Position numbers and translations under genes: made by a program
Assembly: GCA_037189525.1 (NCBI GenBank)
Contig: JBBCJC010000005.1
Location: forward strand, 992,001 to 1,056,000
Direction: 5' to 3'
Source: Gemmatimonadales bacterium
GTDB taxonomy: Bacteria > Gemmatimonadota > Gemmatimonadetes > Gemmatimonadales > GWC2-71-9
Length of the DNA: 64,000 nt
Shown: one piece after another, positions 54,059 to 63,109 of the stretch
How the letters are laid out: each line of letters opens with the position of its first letter
Numbering within the stretch: position 1 is the first letter of the stretch
Notes under the pieces: generated by a model
The model's input: only the letters and a program-made list of their open reading frames with translations
What the model was told of the DNA's origin: nothing
Database searches by the model: none

Positions 54059-55222
54059 CTACGGGACAATCATGACCCCGGCTCGGCCGCCAAACGAATC
54101 CTCGGTGGTCGATAGCCCGGCAGGAACCTCCAACGACTGGCCATCGACGCGCAGATTGATCAGGTAGACTCCTGACATGAGCCTTAAATGAGCTTCCCAG
54201 CCCTCCGAGCGGCGAACCATGGGAACCGGTTGCCAGGCGGAAAAGTCGCCCACCAACTCCACCTGCACCGCGCTCGGATGGCGAACCCGGATCAGCTGTC
54301 CTTCGGGCAGGGCCTCGAGCTCGAAGCTGGCGACTCGGGCAGCGGGAGACACCGCCGTATCGCGACGCGCAGCGCGACGGCCGCGGTCGACCAACGACAG
54401 GCCGAACGACAACTGACGCGTAAACGGGAGGTAGACGCTGGGACCAGCCGGCGCTCGGCCGGCCGAGAAATGCACGCGGATACCGGCCCACGGTTCGACC
54501 GCCGCGCCGAGCTGCCACCCGCCCCGTCCCCCCGCGGCTCCGGCGCTGACCTCGGCGAGCGGCGAGCGCCGAATCATGCGACCGGACAACTCGAGCACCC
54601 CCAGCGAGAACTGTCCATCGACCAAAACATGGCTGAACGCCTTCGGCTTGCCCCCGGCGGGTGGGACCGGTGTCATCAGCGAGTCCCCAACCGGTAGGCT
54701 GCCTGCGCGATCGCGGGATCCACCAAGTCCGGCAAAGCGACCGAGTTCGCCGGCCAATCGCATCCGCCCGAGAATCAGCCGCGCAGTCGTGATGCCGCCG
54801 ACCGAGGAGCCCGGAGCTCCCACATACGCAGCAGCGCCCGCGCCAGCGCTGAATCCTCCGCGGCGGATCATCAGTCCCAACCCATTGAGCCACTCGCCGT
54901 CGAGACCACCGTGAAGTCGCCGTTCCAGAACCCCACGACCATCGACAAACGCAGCCAGCCCGCGCCCAACCCCACGCTCCCAGCGAACCGCACCGAACGC
55001 CTCGCCACTCCAGGAGCCGTGGGTCGCCGGCGCTCCCGATGCCGAGAGGTCGAGCAGCATCGACGGCCGCTCGCTGCGGAGCTGGCCACCCAGCCAGACC
55101 GCCGGCCCGTTCCAGCCCCAGGCACGATCCAGCAACCGGGTACGTGCCGTCAGCGCGACCTCGTCCTGCGCAGCGAGAGGAGCCACACCGAGGAGGATCG
55201 CCAGCAGCACCCGGGTCCTCAT
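54059..55222 (-). CDS. Exported beta-strand-rich protein with C-terminal CBM48/AMPK-type glycogen-binding domain
   Basis: Signal peptide LAA-Q; VELVGDFSAW...W...GVY.INLRVDG...DSFGG. Confidence 0.78.
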   Translation of the reverse strand: MRTRVLLAILLGVAPLAAQDEVALTARTRLLDRAWGWNGPAVWLGGQLRSERPSMLLDLSASGAPATHGSWSGEAFGAVRWERGVGRGLAAFVDGRGVLERRLHGGLDGEWLNGLGLMIRRGGFSAGAGAAAYVGAPGSSVGGITTARLILGRMRLAGELGRFAGLGGSRDRAGSLPVGDSLMTPVPPAGGKPKAFSHVLVDGQFSLGVLELSGRMIRRSPLAEVSAGAAGGRGGWQLGAAVEPWAGIRVHFSAGRAPAGPSVYLPFTRQLSFGLSLVDRGRRAARRDTAVSPAARVASFELEALPEGQLIRVRHPSAVQVELVGDFSAWQPVPMVRRSEGWEAHLRLMSGVYLINLRVDGQSLEVPAGLSTTEDSFGGRAGVMIVP

Positions 55223-55821
55223 GGCAGGCCCCGATTGACCGTCAGGCGAGTCACTTCGGCGCGGACCGTCGGCAGTACGCCGGCGCCGTCCCGCACCGCC
55301 GCGGCCACCTGATCGCGCAACGACAGAAATCCGGCATCGGACAAACGCGCCGAAAAGAGGCGACCCAAGGCATCGGTGGCTTCGTCGGGCGGCCACCCCT
55401 TGCCCAGCAACTCCGCAGCAACCGCGACCGGCACAGCCACCCCTCGTCCTCCCGCCGACCGATGGACTTGGGCCAGGTGTGCCTCGTTGCCGCCCGATCG
55501 AAGCCAGAGCACGCCGGCCTGCAGTTCCTCAGCCGACGCACCTGCCCCGAGCCCGCGCCGGGCCCGCGCCAGGTCGCCCAAGAGCGCAGCAACCGCGGCC
55601 GCGATCCGATCGCCGGTGGCGCCCTTGGTCTGGCCTTCGAGAGCTTTCTGGATCAGCGGCTCGGTGGGCAACCCGATCCGGCGGGCGGAATCGGTCAGTT
55701 GATCCACTGCCCGGACAGTGACGGCATCGAGCCGGCTTCGCAGCCGGGGATCCTGCGCTTCGAGCCGAGCCGAGCAGGCCACAACCAGCACGATCAGCGC
55801 GCCAATCAATCGCGTCGTCAT
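55219..55821 (-). CDS. Exported hypothetical helical protein
   Basis: Signal peptide LEA-Q; GLPTEPLIQKALEG..KGA; ATGA overlaps on both sides. Confidence 0.75.
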   Translation of the reverse strand: MTTRLIGALIVLVVACSARLEAQDPRLRSRLDAVTVRAVDQLTDSARRIGLPTEPLIQKALEGQTKGATGDRIAAAVAALLGDLARARRGLGAGASAEELQAGVLWLRSGGNEAHLAQVHRSAGGRGVAVPVAVAAELLGKGWPPDEATDALGRLFSARLSDAGFLSLRDQVAAAVRDGAGVLPTVRAEVTRLTVNRGLP

Positions 55822-56282
55822 TGGACCGTCACCATCGAAACCGACTGGCCATAGTCACTGTCGACCGAGAACGGTTGCTGCGGATCGGCTAGCCAGCGCC
55901 GCCCGTCGACGAGAAACGCGTAGTGATAGACGCCGCCGGCCAACACGACCCGGGCACTCCATCGGGTGCCATCCGCGCTACGCATCAGGGGCGTCCTGGC
56001 CCGATCCCAATCGTTGAAATCGCCGACGACGGTTACCGCGGAGGCCGCCGGGAGATCGATGGCAAACTCGACCTCGGTGCCGGGCGCCGGCGCGCGCAGC
56101 AGCTGCGCAGCGCCGGCCAGTGCAAGCGCGACCACACCGAGCCCTGCCCCGAACCCAGCCCACCGGCGACGCCGCACCGAGCGGCGGACGGCACCGAGTA
56201 CCCGCCGGTCGAAGTCCGCGTCGCTTCCGGCCGACGAACGGAGTTCGGCCGAGACGCGCTCGAGCCACTGTTGATCGCTCAT
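55818..56282 (-). CDS. Putative anti-sigma factor: short cytoplasmic domain, one TM helix, CBM48/AMPK-type domain
   Basis: RRRR followed by WAGFGAGLGVVALALAGAAQLL; VTVVGDFNDWD...GVYHYAFLVDGRRWLADP; coupled to the sigma gene. Confidence 0.78.
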   Translation of the reverse strand: MSDQQWLERVSAELRSSAGSDADFDRRVLGAVRRSVRRRRWAGFGAGLGVVALALAGAAQLLRAPAPGTEVEFAIDLPAASAVTVVGDFNDWDRARTPLMRSADGTRWSARVVLAGGVYHYAFLVDGRRWLADPQQPFSVDSDYGQSVSMVTVQ

Positions 56283-56809
56283 ACGGACTCTCCCAGCAGA
56301 TCGCGCATCCGCCCGCAGGCACGGCTGACGCGCATCTTGAGTGCCGCGACCGACGCCCCCGTGATGGCGCTCATCTCGTGATAGCTCAGATCGTCGACGT
56401 GCTTGAGCAGGAACGCCTCCCTTTGCTCCGCGGTGAGCAGCGCGACGGCACGGTCGATCTCCTCGCGCCACGCCGCGCCCGCCGCCGGATGCGGTATCCC
56501 GACCTCCGCGGCCTGCTGCAGCCCGGAGATCCTGAGCCGCCACCAGCGCCGCCGGCGCGCCGCCGTCCGACACCGATTGACCACGATACGGTAGCTCCAG
56601 GCTCCGAATCGCTCCGGCTCGCACTGGGCCAGCGCCCGATGGACCCGCACGAAGGCGTCCTGGACAGCCTCCTCCGCATCTTCGTGCGAACCAAGCATAT
56701 GCCTGGCGTATCGGAGGAACCGGTCCCGATAGCGCGCGACGAGGACGGCAAAGGCGTCGAGGTCGCCTCGTCGGGCCTGGAGTACCAGGTCCACGTCAGA
56801 GGACGCCAC
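56279..56809 (-). CDS. ECF-type sigma-70 factor
   Basis: GDLDAFAVLVARY, DAEEAVQDAFVR, FGAWSYRIVVN, QREAFLL..LSYHEMS; GTG start at 56809. Confidence 0.92.
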   Translation of the reverse strand: MASSDVDLVLQARRGDLDAFAVLVARYRDRFLRYARHMLGSHEDAEEAVQDAFVRVHRALAQCEPERFGAWSYRIVVNRCRTAARRRRWWRLRISGLQQAAEVGIPHPAAGAAWREEIDRAVALLTAEQREAFLLKHVDDLSYHEMSAITGASVAALKMRVSRACGRMRDLLGESV

Positions 56810-56816
56810 ATGAGAG

Positions 56817-56874
56817 GTGACCCGCCGATCGGCGCAAAGGTAACGCGTGACCTCGGGGCCGGCGCTCGGGTCAA
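56817..56874. promoter_or_regulatory. Back-to-back putative ECF promoters
   Basis: Minus strand GTTACC-N17-GTCAC; plus strand GTGACC-N17-GTCAA. Confidence 0.65.
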
Positions 56875-56926
56875 TAGGGACGGACCGCATCGGTCGCTTT
56901 CGATGACGACGACACTGGAGCTTCCC

Positions 56927-57640
56927 ATGGCGACACCCCGCTCGCGAATTACCCTTGCCACCGCCCTCATCCTGCTCGGCGCCTGCACCGATCGCATCAC
57001 GGAACCCGGTCCTCCCGGGTCGACCGCCGAACTCCGCATCGTCCACGTCCGCCAGGGGGTGGGTACGGTCGATGTCGAAGTGGACGGACAGGTCGCGATC
57101 CGCGGAGTGGCCTACGGCTCCAGTTCCTCCGCGGTCCTGGTCAAAAGCGGCGCCCGGCGCCTGACGATCCGGGCAAACGGCGGGGTCGTCGGCACCCTCG
57201 ATGCGAATCTCGACTCCGAACGTCTCAACCATCTGGTTGTCGCGACTCGCGGTCCGCAACTGAGTTCGCGCGTGGAACCAGACACCACCTGGAGCAACGG
57301 CGAATCCGGATCGACCAATCCCAATCGCGCCTACGTGCGCATGATCGAAGTCGCCACCGACAATTCCGCTCCCCCCGTTCAGTTGCAGGCGCTGCTCGTG
57401 GCCCCCGGTACCCGGGCCGACTCGGTGATGCGCTTCGGGATCGACGCCACCGTCGGCCGGCACGGCAGTCTGATGGCCTTCGACCCCGGCACCTTTTTCT
57501 GGAAGTACGTCGCCGCCGGAACGTCGGCCCCGGTGCTCGCTGAAGCCACCTTCGACATCGCCGGAGGCCAGACCAAGGCCATCGTCCTGAGCCGGCGGCC
57601 CGGCGGGGAATACCAGGTCGACGTCGTGACCGAGCCCTAA
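56927..57640 (+). CDS. Lipoprotein, DUF4397-like
   Basis: LLGA-C lipobox; AELRIVH....GTVDVEVDG....GVAYG, with a second similar domain. Confidence 0.72.
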   Translation: MATPRSRITLATALILLGACTDRITEPGPPGSTAELRIVHVRQGVGTVDVEVDGQVAIRGVAYGSSSSAVLVKSGARRLTIRANGGVVGTLDANLDSERLNHLVVATRGPQLSSRVEPDTTWSNGESGSTNPNRAYVRMIEVATDNSAPPVQLQALLVAPGTRADSVMRFGIDATVGRHGSLMAFDPGTFFWKYVAAGTSAPVLAEATFDIAGGQTKAIVLSRRPGGEYQVDVVTEP

Positions 57641-57791
57641 AACTTCCCACGTCCCAACTTGCGACCCCCTTCCCTAGTGGAGCATCCAATGCTTGATATA
57701 CTTAGGGAGGTAGGGGCCCCTCAGGATGAGCGCCGCAGCCCCGACCGGCCCAGATCATCCGCCGGCGCACTATTTGGGACGTGGAACGCCT

Positions 57792-59396
57792 ATGTCCGTA
57801 CGTTCGTTGAATTGGCTCAAGTTCGGTGGCCTGGTGGCCTTTGCCTTCGTCATTGGCCTGCTGTTCGCCAGCCTCCTCGATGTTCCAACGACCAGCCTCG
57901 CCCAGGAGCGAAAACCAGTCACGGGCGAAGTCATTCAAGCCTCCAACCCTCAGTCCGCTGAACGGGTCGCCAACAGCTCGTCGGCCGCGTCGCTGATCAC
58001 CCTTTCCGATGCCTTTGCCGACGTGGCGGAAACGGTCCGGCCGAGTGTCGTGTACATCCGGGCCCGGCGGACCGAACGGGTCATCGATCAGCGCCGGGTG
58101 CCGCAGGGATTCGAGGAGTTTTTCGGGGTCCCCCGCAACCGGGGCCGTAACGAGCCGCAGGTCGAAACCGGATCGGGCTCGGGATTCGTCGTCTCGAAAG
58201 ACGGCTACATCCTGACCAATAACCACGTCGTCGATGGCGCCGACCAGGTCATGGTTCGGATGCTCGACCGGCGGGAATACCCGGCCAAGGTCATCGGGAC
58301 CGATCCGACCACCGACGTCGCCGTGATCAAGATCGAAGCCGCCCGCGGCACCACGCTCCGCCCGGTCCAGCTGGGTTCGAGCACCCGCTCCCGGGTCGGC
58401 GAGTGGGTCCTGGCCGTCGGGAACCCGCTCTCGGAGAACCTGAGCTTCACGGTCACCTCCGGCATCATCAGCGCCAAGGGGCGCGGTCAGTTGCCGCTGC
58501 CCGGCTGGTCCGAACGCTCGATCCAGGACTTCATCCAGACCGATGCGGCCATCAACCGTGGCAACAGCGGCGGCCCGCTGCTCAACGTCCGCGGCGAAGT
58601 GATCGGGATCAACTCCGCGATCTTCAGCCCGACCGGTGTCAGCGCCGGGTACGCCTTTGCGATTCCGATCGACCTGGCGCGCCAGGTGATGGACCAGCTG
58701 ATCTCCAAGGGTAAGGTCGAGCGCGCCGCACTCGGCGTGACGGTCACCGATGCGTCGCCGGAGGACGCGGAGTGGGCCGGACTCGACGGCGTCTACGGCG
58801 CCAAGATCAACGATTTCCCGCCCAACTCCCCCGCGCGGAACGCCGGGCTGCAACAGGGCGACATCGTGATCGGCATCGAAGGTCAGCGGGTCGAGTACGT
58901 GGCCCAGCTGCAGCAGCTGGTGGGCTTCCGGCGGGCCGGTGAATCGGTCAAAGTCGAGGTCGCGCGGAAGGGTGGTACCCGTCGCACCTTCGACGTCCGG
59001 CTGATCGGTCAGGACGCCACCGCGCCCGAAACCCAGGTCGCGGGTGGTACCGCCGAGCCCGGCAACAATGCCTCCTCGGTGCTGCGCGACCGGCTCGGGA
59101 TCAACGGCTCGGCCCTGTCGAGCGAGATGGCCCAGCAGCTCCGGCTGCCCGCGACGGCCAAGGGTGTCGTGGTCGAGTCGGTCGACCCCTATGGTCCGGC
59201 GGATGGCCTGCTGATCAGCGGCGGTCTGATCAACATCATTACGGCGGTCGAAGACAAGTCGGTCGGGACCGAGGCCGAGTTGAGCACGGTGCTCCGGTCC
59301 TACCCGCCGGGCACGGTGGTGTCGCTCAACGTGCTGCAGTACGGTCGGGGCGACGAACGGCCGACCACCAGGATCGTTCGGATCCGGCTCAAGTAG
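57792..59396 (+). CDS. HtrA/DegP-like (Do family) serine protease with two PDZ domains
   Basis: GSGSGFVV, TNNHVV, TDVAVIK, QTDAAINRGNSGGPL. Confidence 0.95.
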   Translation: MSVRSLNWLKFGGLVAFAFVIGLLFASLLDVPTTSLAQERKPVTGEVIQASNPQSAERVANSSSAASLITLSDAFADVAETVRPSVVYIRARRTERVIDQRRVPQGFEEFFGVPRNRGRNEPQVETGSGSGFVVSKDGYILTNNHVVDGADQVMVRMLDRREYPAKVIGTDPTTDVAVIKIEAARGTTLRPVQLGSSTRSRVGEWVLAVGNPLSENLSFTVTSGIISAKGRGQLPLPGWSERSIQDFIQTDAAINRGNSGGPLLNVRGEVIGINSAIFSPTGVSAGYAFAIPIDLARQVMDQLISKGKVERAALGVTVTDASPEDAEWAGLDGVYGAKINDFPPNSPARNAGLQQGDIVIGIEGQRVEYVAQLQQLVGFRRAGESVKVEVARKGGTRRTFDVRLIGQDATAPETQVAGGTAEPGNNASSVLRDRLGINGSALSSEMAQQLRLPATAKGVVVESVDPYGPADGLLISGGLINIITAVEDKSVGTEAELSTVLRSYPPGTVVSLNVLQYGRGDERPTTRIVRIRLK

Positions 59397-59413
59397 CCCC
59401 CGGACCAACGGCA

Positions 59414-59454
59414 AAGAGGGCAGCTCGGCGATGCCGGGCTGCCCTCTTCGTTTT
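59414..59454 (+). terminator. Rho-independent terminator
   Basis: AAGAGGGCAGCTCGGC-GAT-GCCGGGCTGCCCTCTT followed by CGTTTT. Confidence 0.8.
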
Positions 59455-59484
59455 CTCCCCGAGCCGGACGACGCCGGCGCCGGC

Positions 59485-59847
59485 TTACTTCGGCTTGGCG
59501 ACCGGAATGCCGTTGGCCGAGGCCACCGAGTCCCAGAAGTTCCAGCCCCAACCGGCCAGCTTGCCGTTCACGACCACGAGCGGCGACATCTTGCGGTCCT
59601 CGAGATCCTCGGGATCGGTCTTGCCGATCCGGGGATAGAACATCGTCTCGATGTACTGCCCCTGGTAGAGGTAGGGATCGGTGCGCTTGGGCGCGACCCC
59701 ACCCATGACAGCCGAGGCGCTGTCCTTGGAAATGCCGACAGTCAGATCCTTCAGGCGGCGGTCACCCCGCTCGCATCCAATCATCGTCACCACTGCCACC
59801 GCGACCAGCGCTCGAACGGACCACCGGACTGTGATGCGCATCACCAT
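59485..59847 (-). CDS. Small lipoprotein, DUF3192-like
   Basis: TMIG-C lipobox-like; LTVGISKDS....MG and PLVVVNGKLAGWGW. Confidence 0.65.
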   Translation of the reverse strand: MVMRITVRWSVRALVAVAVVTMIGCERGDRRLKDLTVGISKDSASAVMGGVAPKRTDPYLYQGQYIETMFYPRIGKTDPEDLEDRKMSPLVVVNGKLAGWGWNFWDSVASANGIPVAKPK

Positions 59848-59908
59848 TTCCAACGTTGGAAGTCGAAGTCGAACAACCACTTACAGGGCGATGAATCTAA
59901 CACCACCC

Positions 59909-59935
59909 TCAAGCTTTCCTAGTCCGAGCCGATCC
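59909..59935 (+). promoter_or_regulatory. Putative sigma28 (FliA) promoter of the Hpt gene
   Basis: TCAA-N15-GCCGATCC. Confidence 0.6.
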
Positions 59936-59976
59936 TTGAGGAGATTACGCGCATCCATCACCCTGGATGGGATCTC

Positions 59977-60351
59977 ATGGCTCTGGAACTCAACAGCTCC
60001 CGCACGATCATCGATGCGAACATCCTCGATGGCTATCGGACCCTGCAGAGCGAGAGCGATCCCGACATCGTGACCGAGCTGATCGACATGTTCCTTGCCG
60101 ACCTATCGTCCCGCGTGGCAGTGCTGCGCCAGGCAGTGGAGATGGGTGAAGCCGTAGCCGCTCAACGCGCCGCGCATGCGCTCAAGGGCGCGGCCGCTAC
60201 GCTGGGCGCGACCGGGCTGGCCGGCATGTGCAACGAGATTGAGGTCACGGCGCGAACCGGAACCGTGGCAACCGCCGTGGAACTGCTGGATGAGGTAGCC
60301 GCCGAAAGCGAGCGATGCCGAACCGCCCTGCTCCAACATCGCCGGAGCTGA
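59977..60351 (+). CDS. Stand-alone Hpt phosphotransfer protein
   Basis: ELIDMFL...RAAHALKGAAATLGA..L...C.EIE. Confidence 0.9.
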   Translation: MALELNSSRTIIDANILDGYRTLQSESDPDIVTELIDMFLADLSSRVAVLRQAVEMGEAVAAQRAAHALKGAAATLGATGLAGMCNEIEVTARTGTVATAVELLDEVAAESERCRTALLQHRRS

Positions 60352-60449
60352 ACGAGCCTCCCGGTCTTCGAGTTTTTCGCGAAGGTTGCAGGGCGAAACG
60401 ACCTCTCGCGGACACTCATCAAAGCTTGTACTGTTCGAAGACACATCTC

Positions 60450-60531
60450 GCGAACGTGGCGAAACTGGCAGACGCGCAGGACTTAGGATCCTGTCCTTTA
60501 CGGGGTGCGGGTTCAACTCCCGCCGTTCGCA
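60450..60531 (+). tRNA. tRNA-Leu (anticodon TAG), CCA not encoded
   Basis: Acceptor stem GCGAACG/CGTTCGC+A; anticodon arm CAGGA-CTTAGGA-TCCTG; long variable arm; GGTTCAACTCC T-arm. Confidence 0.96.
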
Positions 60532-60600
60532 TCGCCGGGCCCTTCTCGCCGCATAACGAAGACAGATTACGAAGCAGGATTCCTCGTCCGGAGGTGACCA

Positions 60601-60885
60601 TTGGACGCGTTTGCTGAGGGAATCGGAGCATTCGGTACCACGGTGTTTCGGCTGGCAGCCGTTGCCTTCCTGGTGCTCAACGGGGCGGCCATAACCGCGG
60701 TATTCCTGACCCGTAACCGGGAGCTGGTCAATCGCTGGACCGGACGGGTTCTTGCCGCCAACCTCTTGTTGCTGGGTGTCGGGCTCGGGACGCCGGCCGT
60801 GACCTTCTGCCTCAAGATGGTGGTTCAAGCGGTGAGCAGCAGTCAGCCGACCCCCGCCGCGGCCCGAGAGGCACTCGACCCCTGA
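60601..60885 (+). CDS. Small 2-TM hypothetical membrane protein
   Basis: GGAGGT RBS before the TTG start; two hydrophobic segments. Confidence 0.65.
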   Translation: MDAFAEGIGAFGTTVFRLAAVAFLVLNGAAITAVFLTRNRELVNRWTGRVLAANLLLLGVGLGTPAVTFCLKMVVQAVSSSQPTPAAAREALDP

Positions 60886-60967
60886 CCGGCAGCTCCCGGG
60901 CCTGACCCGGAAAGCCCGACCAAGTGGCCCCCCCGGCCCGGGCCCTGTCCCATTATGTTTCCGGGCT

Positions 60968-62215
60968 ATGTCCGACATCACTATCGTAAAGACGGCCGAA
61001 GACGCGGCCTCCAAAGCATTTCAAGTCACGGTACCGGTCGAGCGGGTCAAGGCCGCCGAGGATCGGGCCGTCGTCCAGTACAGCCGGCAGGTTCGCCTTC
61101 CCGGTTTCCGCCAGGGCAAGGCCCCGCTGGCCGTAGTGCGGAAGCGGTTCGGCGAGGCGATCAAGCAGTACGTGGTCGAGGAAGTGCTCCGCGAAAGCTG
61201 GGAGCAGGCTCGTACTACGGAAGACCTCAAGCCGATTGCCGATCCGAGTGTCCGGAACCTCAAGTTCGAAGAGGGCCAGCCGGTCGAGTTCGAGCTGCAG
61301 GTCGAGGTACGGCCCGAGATCAAGGTCGAGCAGTTGAGCGGCTTCTCGGTCCAGCGCACCGTGGCGCCGGTCAGCGACGACATGGTCAACGAGCAGCTCG
61401 ACCAGCTCCGCGAGAGCAAGGCGGCGTGGCTCCCGGTCGAGGATACCGCCCCGGTCGAGGGCAACATGGTCCGCGTGGAAGTCGCCGCGCTCGAAGACGG
61501 CGAGCGGAAGCCGGCCCAGCCCTACACCATCGTGATCGGACAGGGCCAGGCGCTCCCGGCGCTCGAGGAGCAGATCCTCAAGCTCAAGCCCGGCGAGTCG
61601 GCCGAGACCGAGATTCGTTTTCCCGACGATCATCCGGACGAATCACGCCGCGGACAGGCGCGCAGCGTGCATATCACCGTACATGAGGTCAAGCGCCAGG
61701 AACTGCCCGAGCTCGACGACGCGTTTGCCAAGTCCGTCGGCGATTTCGACGATGTCGCGGCCCTGAAGGCGGCGGTGCGCACCGACCTGGAACGGTCGGC
61801 CGAGCGCGAAGCGGATCAGGGTGTTCGCGAAGCATTGATCGAGCAGGTCGTCAGCCGCAACAATATCGAAGCACCGCGTTCGATGGTCGACCGCGCGCTG
61901 CACGCCTACCTGCACGCGTACAACATTCCGCACGAGCAGGAAGAGCGCTTCTACGGCGAGTTCCGCCCGGTGGCCGAGCGTCAGGTCCGGCGTGAACTGG
62001 CGCTGGGCGCCATCGCCGAGGCCAACAAGCTGTTTGCCAATGAAGCGGAGATGGACGAGCGGATCAAAGCGCTGGCCGATGCGCGCGGCGTGTCGTTCGG
62101 CGAAGTGTATGGACAGCTCGAAAAGGCCAAGCGTCTGGGCGAACTCGAGCGCAGCATCACGGAAGACAAGGTGTTTGCCTTCCTGATCGGTCAATCCACC
62201 ATCGACAAGGGTTGA
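60968..62215 (+). CDS. tig: Trigger factor
   Basis: [10 protein letters not shown] ribosome-binding motif; FKBP-like middle domain; [11 protein letters not shown]; upstream of clpP. Confidence 0.95.
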   Translation: MSDITIVKTAEDAASKAFQVTVPVERVKAAEDRAVVQYSRQVRLPGFRQGKAPLAVVRKRFGEAIKQYVVEEVLRESWEQARTTEDLKPIADPSVRNLKFEEGQPVEFELQVEVRPEIKVEQLSGFSVQRTVAPVSDDMVNEQLDQLRESKAAWLPVEDTAPVEGNMVRVEVAALEDGERKPAQPYTIVIGQGQALPALEEQILKLKPGESAETEIRFPDDHPDESRRGQARSVHITVHEVKRQELPELDDAFAKSVGDFDDVAALKAAVRTDLERSAEREADQGVREALIEQVVSRNNIEAPRSMVDRALHAYLHAYNIPHEQEERFYGEFRPVAERQVRRELALGAIAEANKLFANEAEMDERIKALADARGVSFGEVYGQLEKAKRLGELERSITEDKVFAFLIGQSTIDKG

Positions 62216-62217
62216 GC

Positions 62218-62835
62218 ATGAGCACGACCATGCTGTATCCCCCGTATATCATCGAGCGCTCGCCCCGCGGCGAGCGGAGCTACGATATCTTCTCGCGGCT
62301 CCTGATGGATCGGATCGTCTTTCTGGGCGCCCCGATCAATGACGATGTTGCCAACATCATCATTGCGCAACTGCTCTTTCTCGACGCCGACAATCCCGAG
62401 AAAGACATCTACATGTACATCAACTCGCCGGGCGGTCACGTCCACAGCGGCATCGCGATCTACGACACGATGCAGCATCTGCGGGCGCCGGTGAATACGA
62501 TCTGCATGGGGATGGCGGCCTCGATGGGCGCGTTCCTGCTCGCCACCGGCACCAAGGGCAAGCGGGCTGCGCTGCCGCACGCCCGGATCATGATCCACCA
62601 GCCCTCGGGCGGCTCTCAAGGTACTGCGGCCGATATCGAGATTGCGGCGCGGGAGATCCTGCATACCCGGCATACGATGAACCGCCTGTTTGCCAAGCAC
62701 ACCGGGCAGCCGATCGAAGTGATCGAGCGCGACTCGGACCGCGACCGGTACATGTCAGCCGAAGAGGCCAAGGCGTACGGGATTATCGATCAGATCTTCG
62801 AGCCTCGCGCGGGGTCGACGCCGGACGCTCGATAG
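62218..62835 (+). CDS. clpP: ATP-dependent Clp protease proteolytic subunit
   Basis: [34 protein letters not shown]. Confidence 0.98.
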   Translation: MSTTMLYPPYIIERSPRGERSYDIFSRLLMDRIVFLGAPINDDVANIIIAQLLFLDADNPEKDIYMYINSPGGHVHSGIAIYDTMQHLRAPVNTICMGMAASMGAFLLATGTKGKRAALPHARIMIHQPSGGSQGTAADIEIAAREILHTRHTMNRLFAKHTGQPIEVIERDSDRDRYMSAEEAKAYGIIDQIFEPRAGSTPDAR

Positions 62836-62859
62836 CTCCGCTCTCAACAGCAGATCAGA

Positions 62860-62893
62860 GGCCCGGCAGAGCTCACGCTCTGCCGGGCTTTTG
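62860..62893 (+). terminator. Rho-independent terminator
   Basis: GGCCCGGCAGAGC-TCAC-GCTCTGCCGGGCT followed by a T-rich tail. Confidence 0.85.
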
Positions 62894-63013
62894 TTCTTGC
62901 TACGCACCCCAAGCATCAACCACGACAGCTCCTCTCGTTACCGCGTAGCACACGTAGTGGCAAGGTCCTGCCGAACGACGCCATCACAATCCCATTTATA
63001 GCCTTACTGCCTC

Positions 63014-63042
63014 TTGACGCTCGGCGCAGCAAGCCGTAGCGT
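63014..63042 (+). promoter_or_regulatory. Putative sigma70 promoter
   Basis: TTGACG-N17-TAGCGT upstream of the ATG at 63110. Confidence 0.55.
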
Positions 63043-63109
63043 GAAAAATGCGAATCTAGCGTCGTGGGGCTTCCGCAGCCCACCTGGCACCGTGACCTCC
63101 GAGGACTCT

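Noticed and set aside
60450..60600. tRNA-Leu as an integration site for an island
   Set aside because: No integrase and no duplicated tRNA 3' end seen in the window; tRNA-Leu before tig is an ordinary arrangement.
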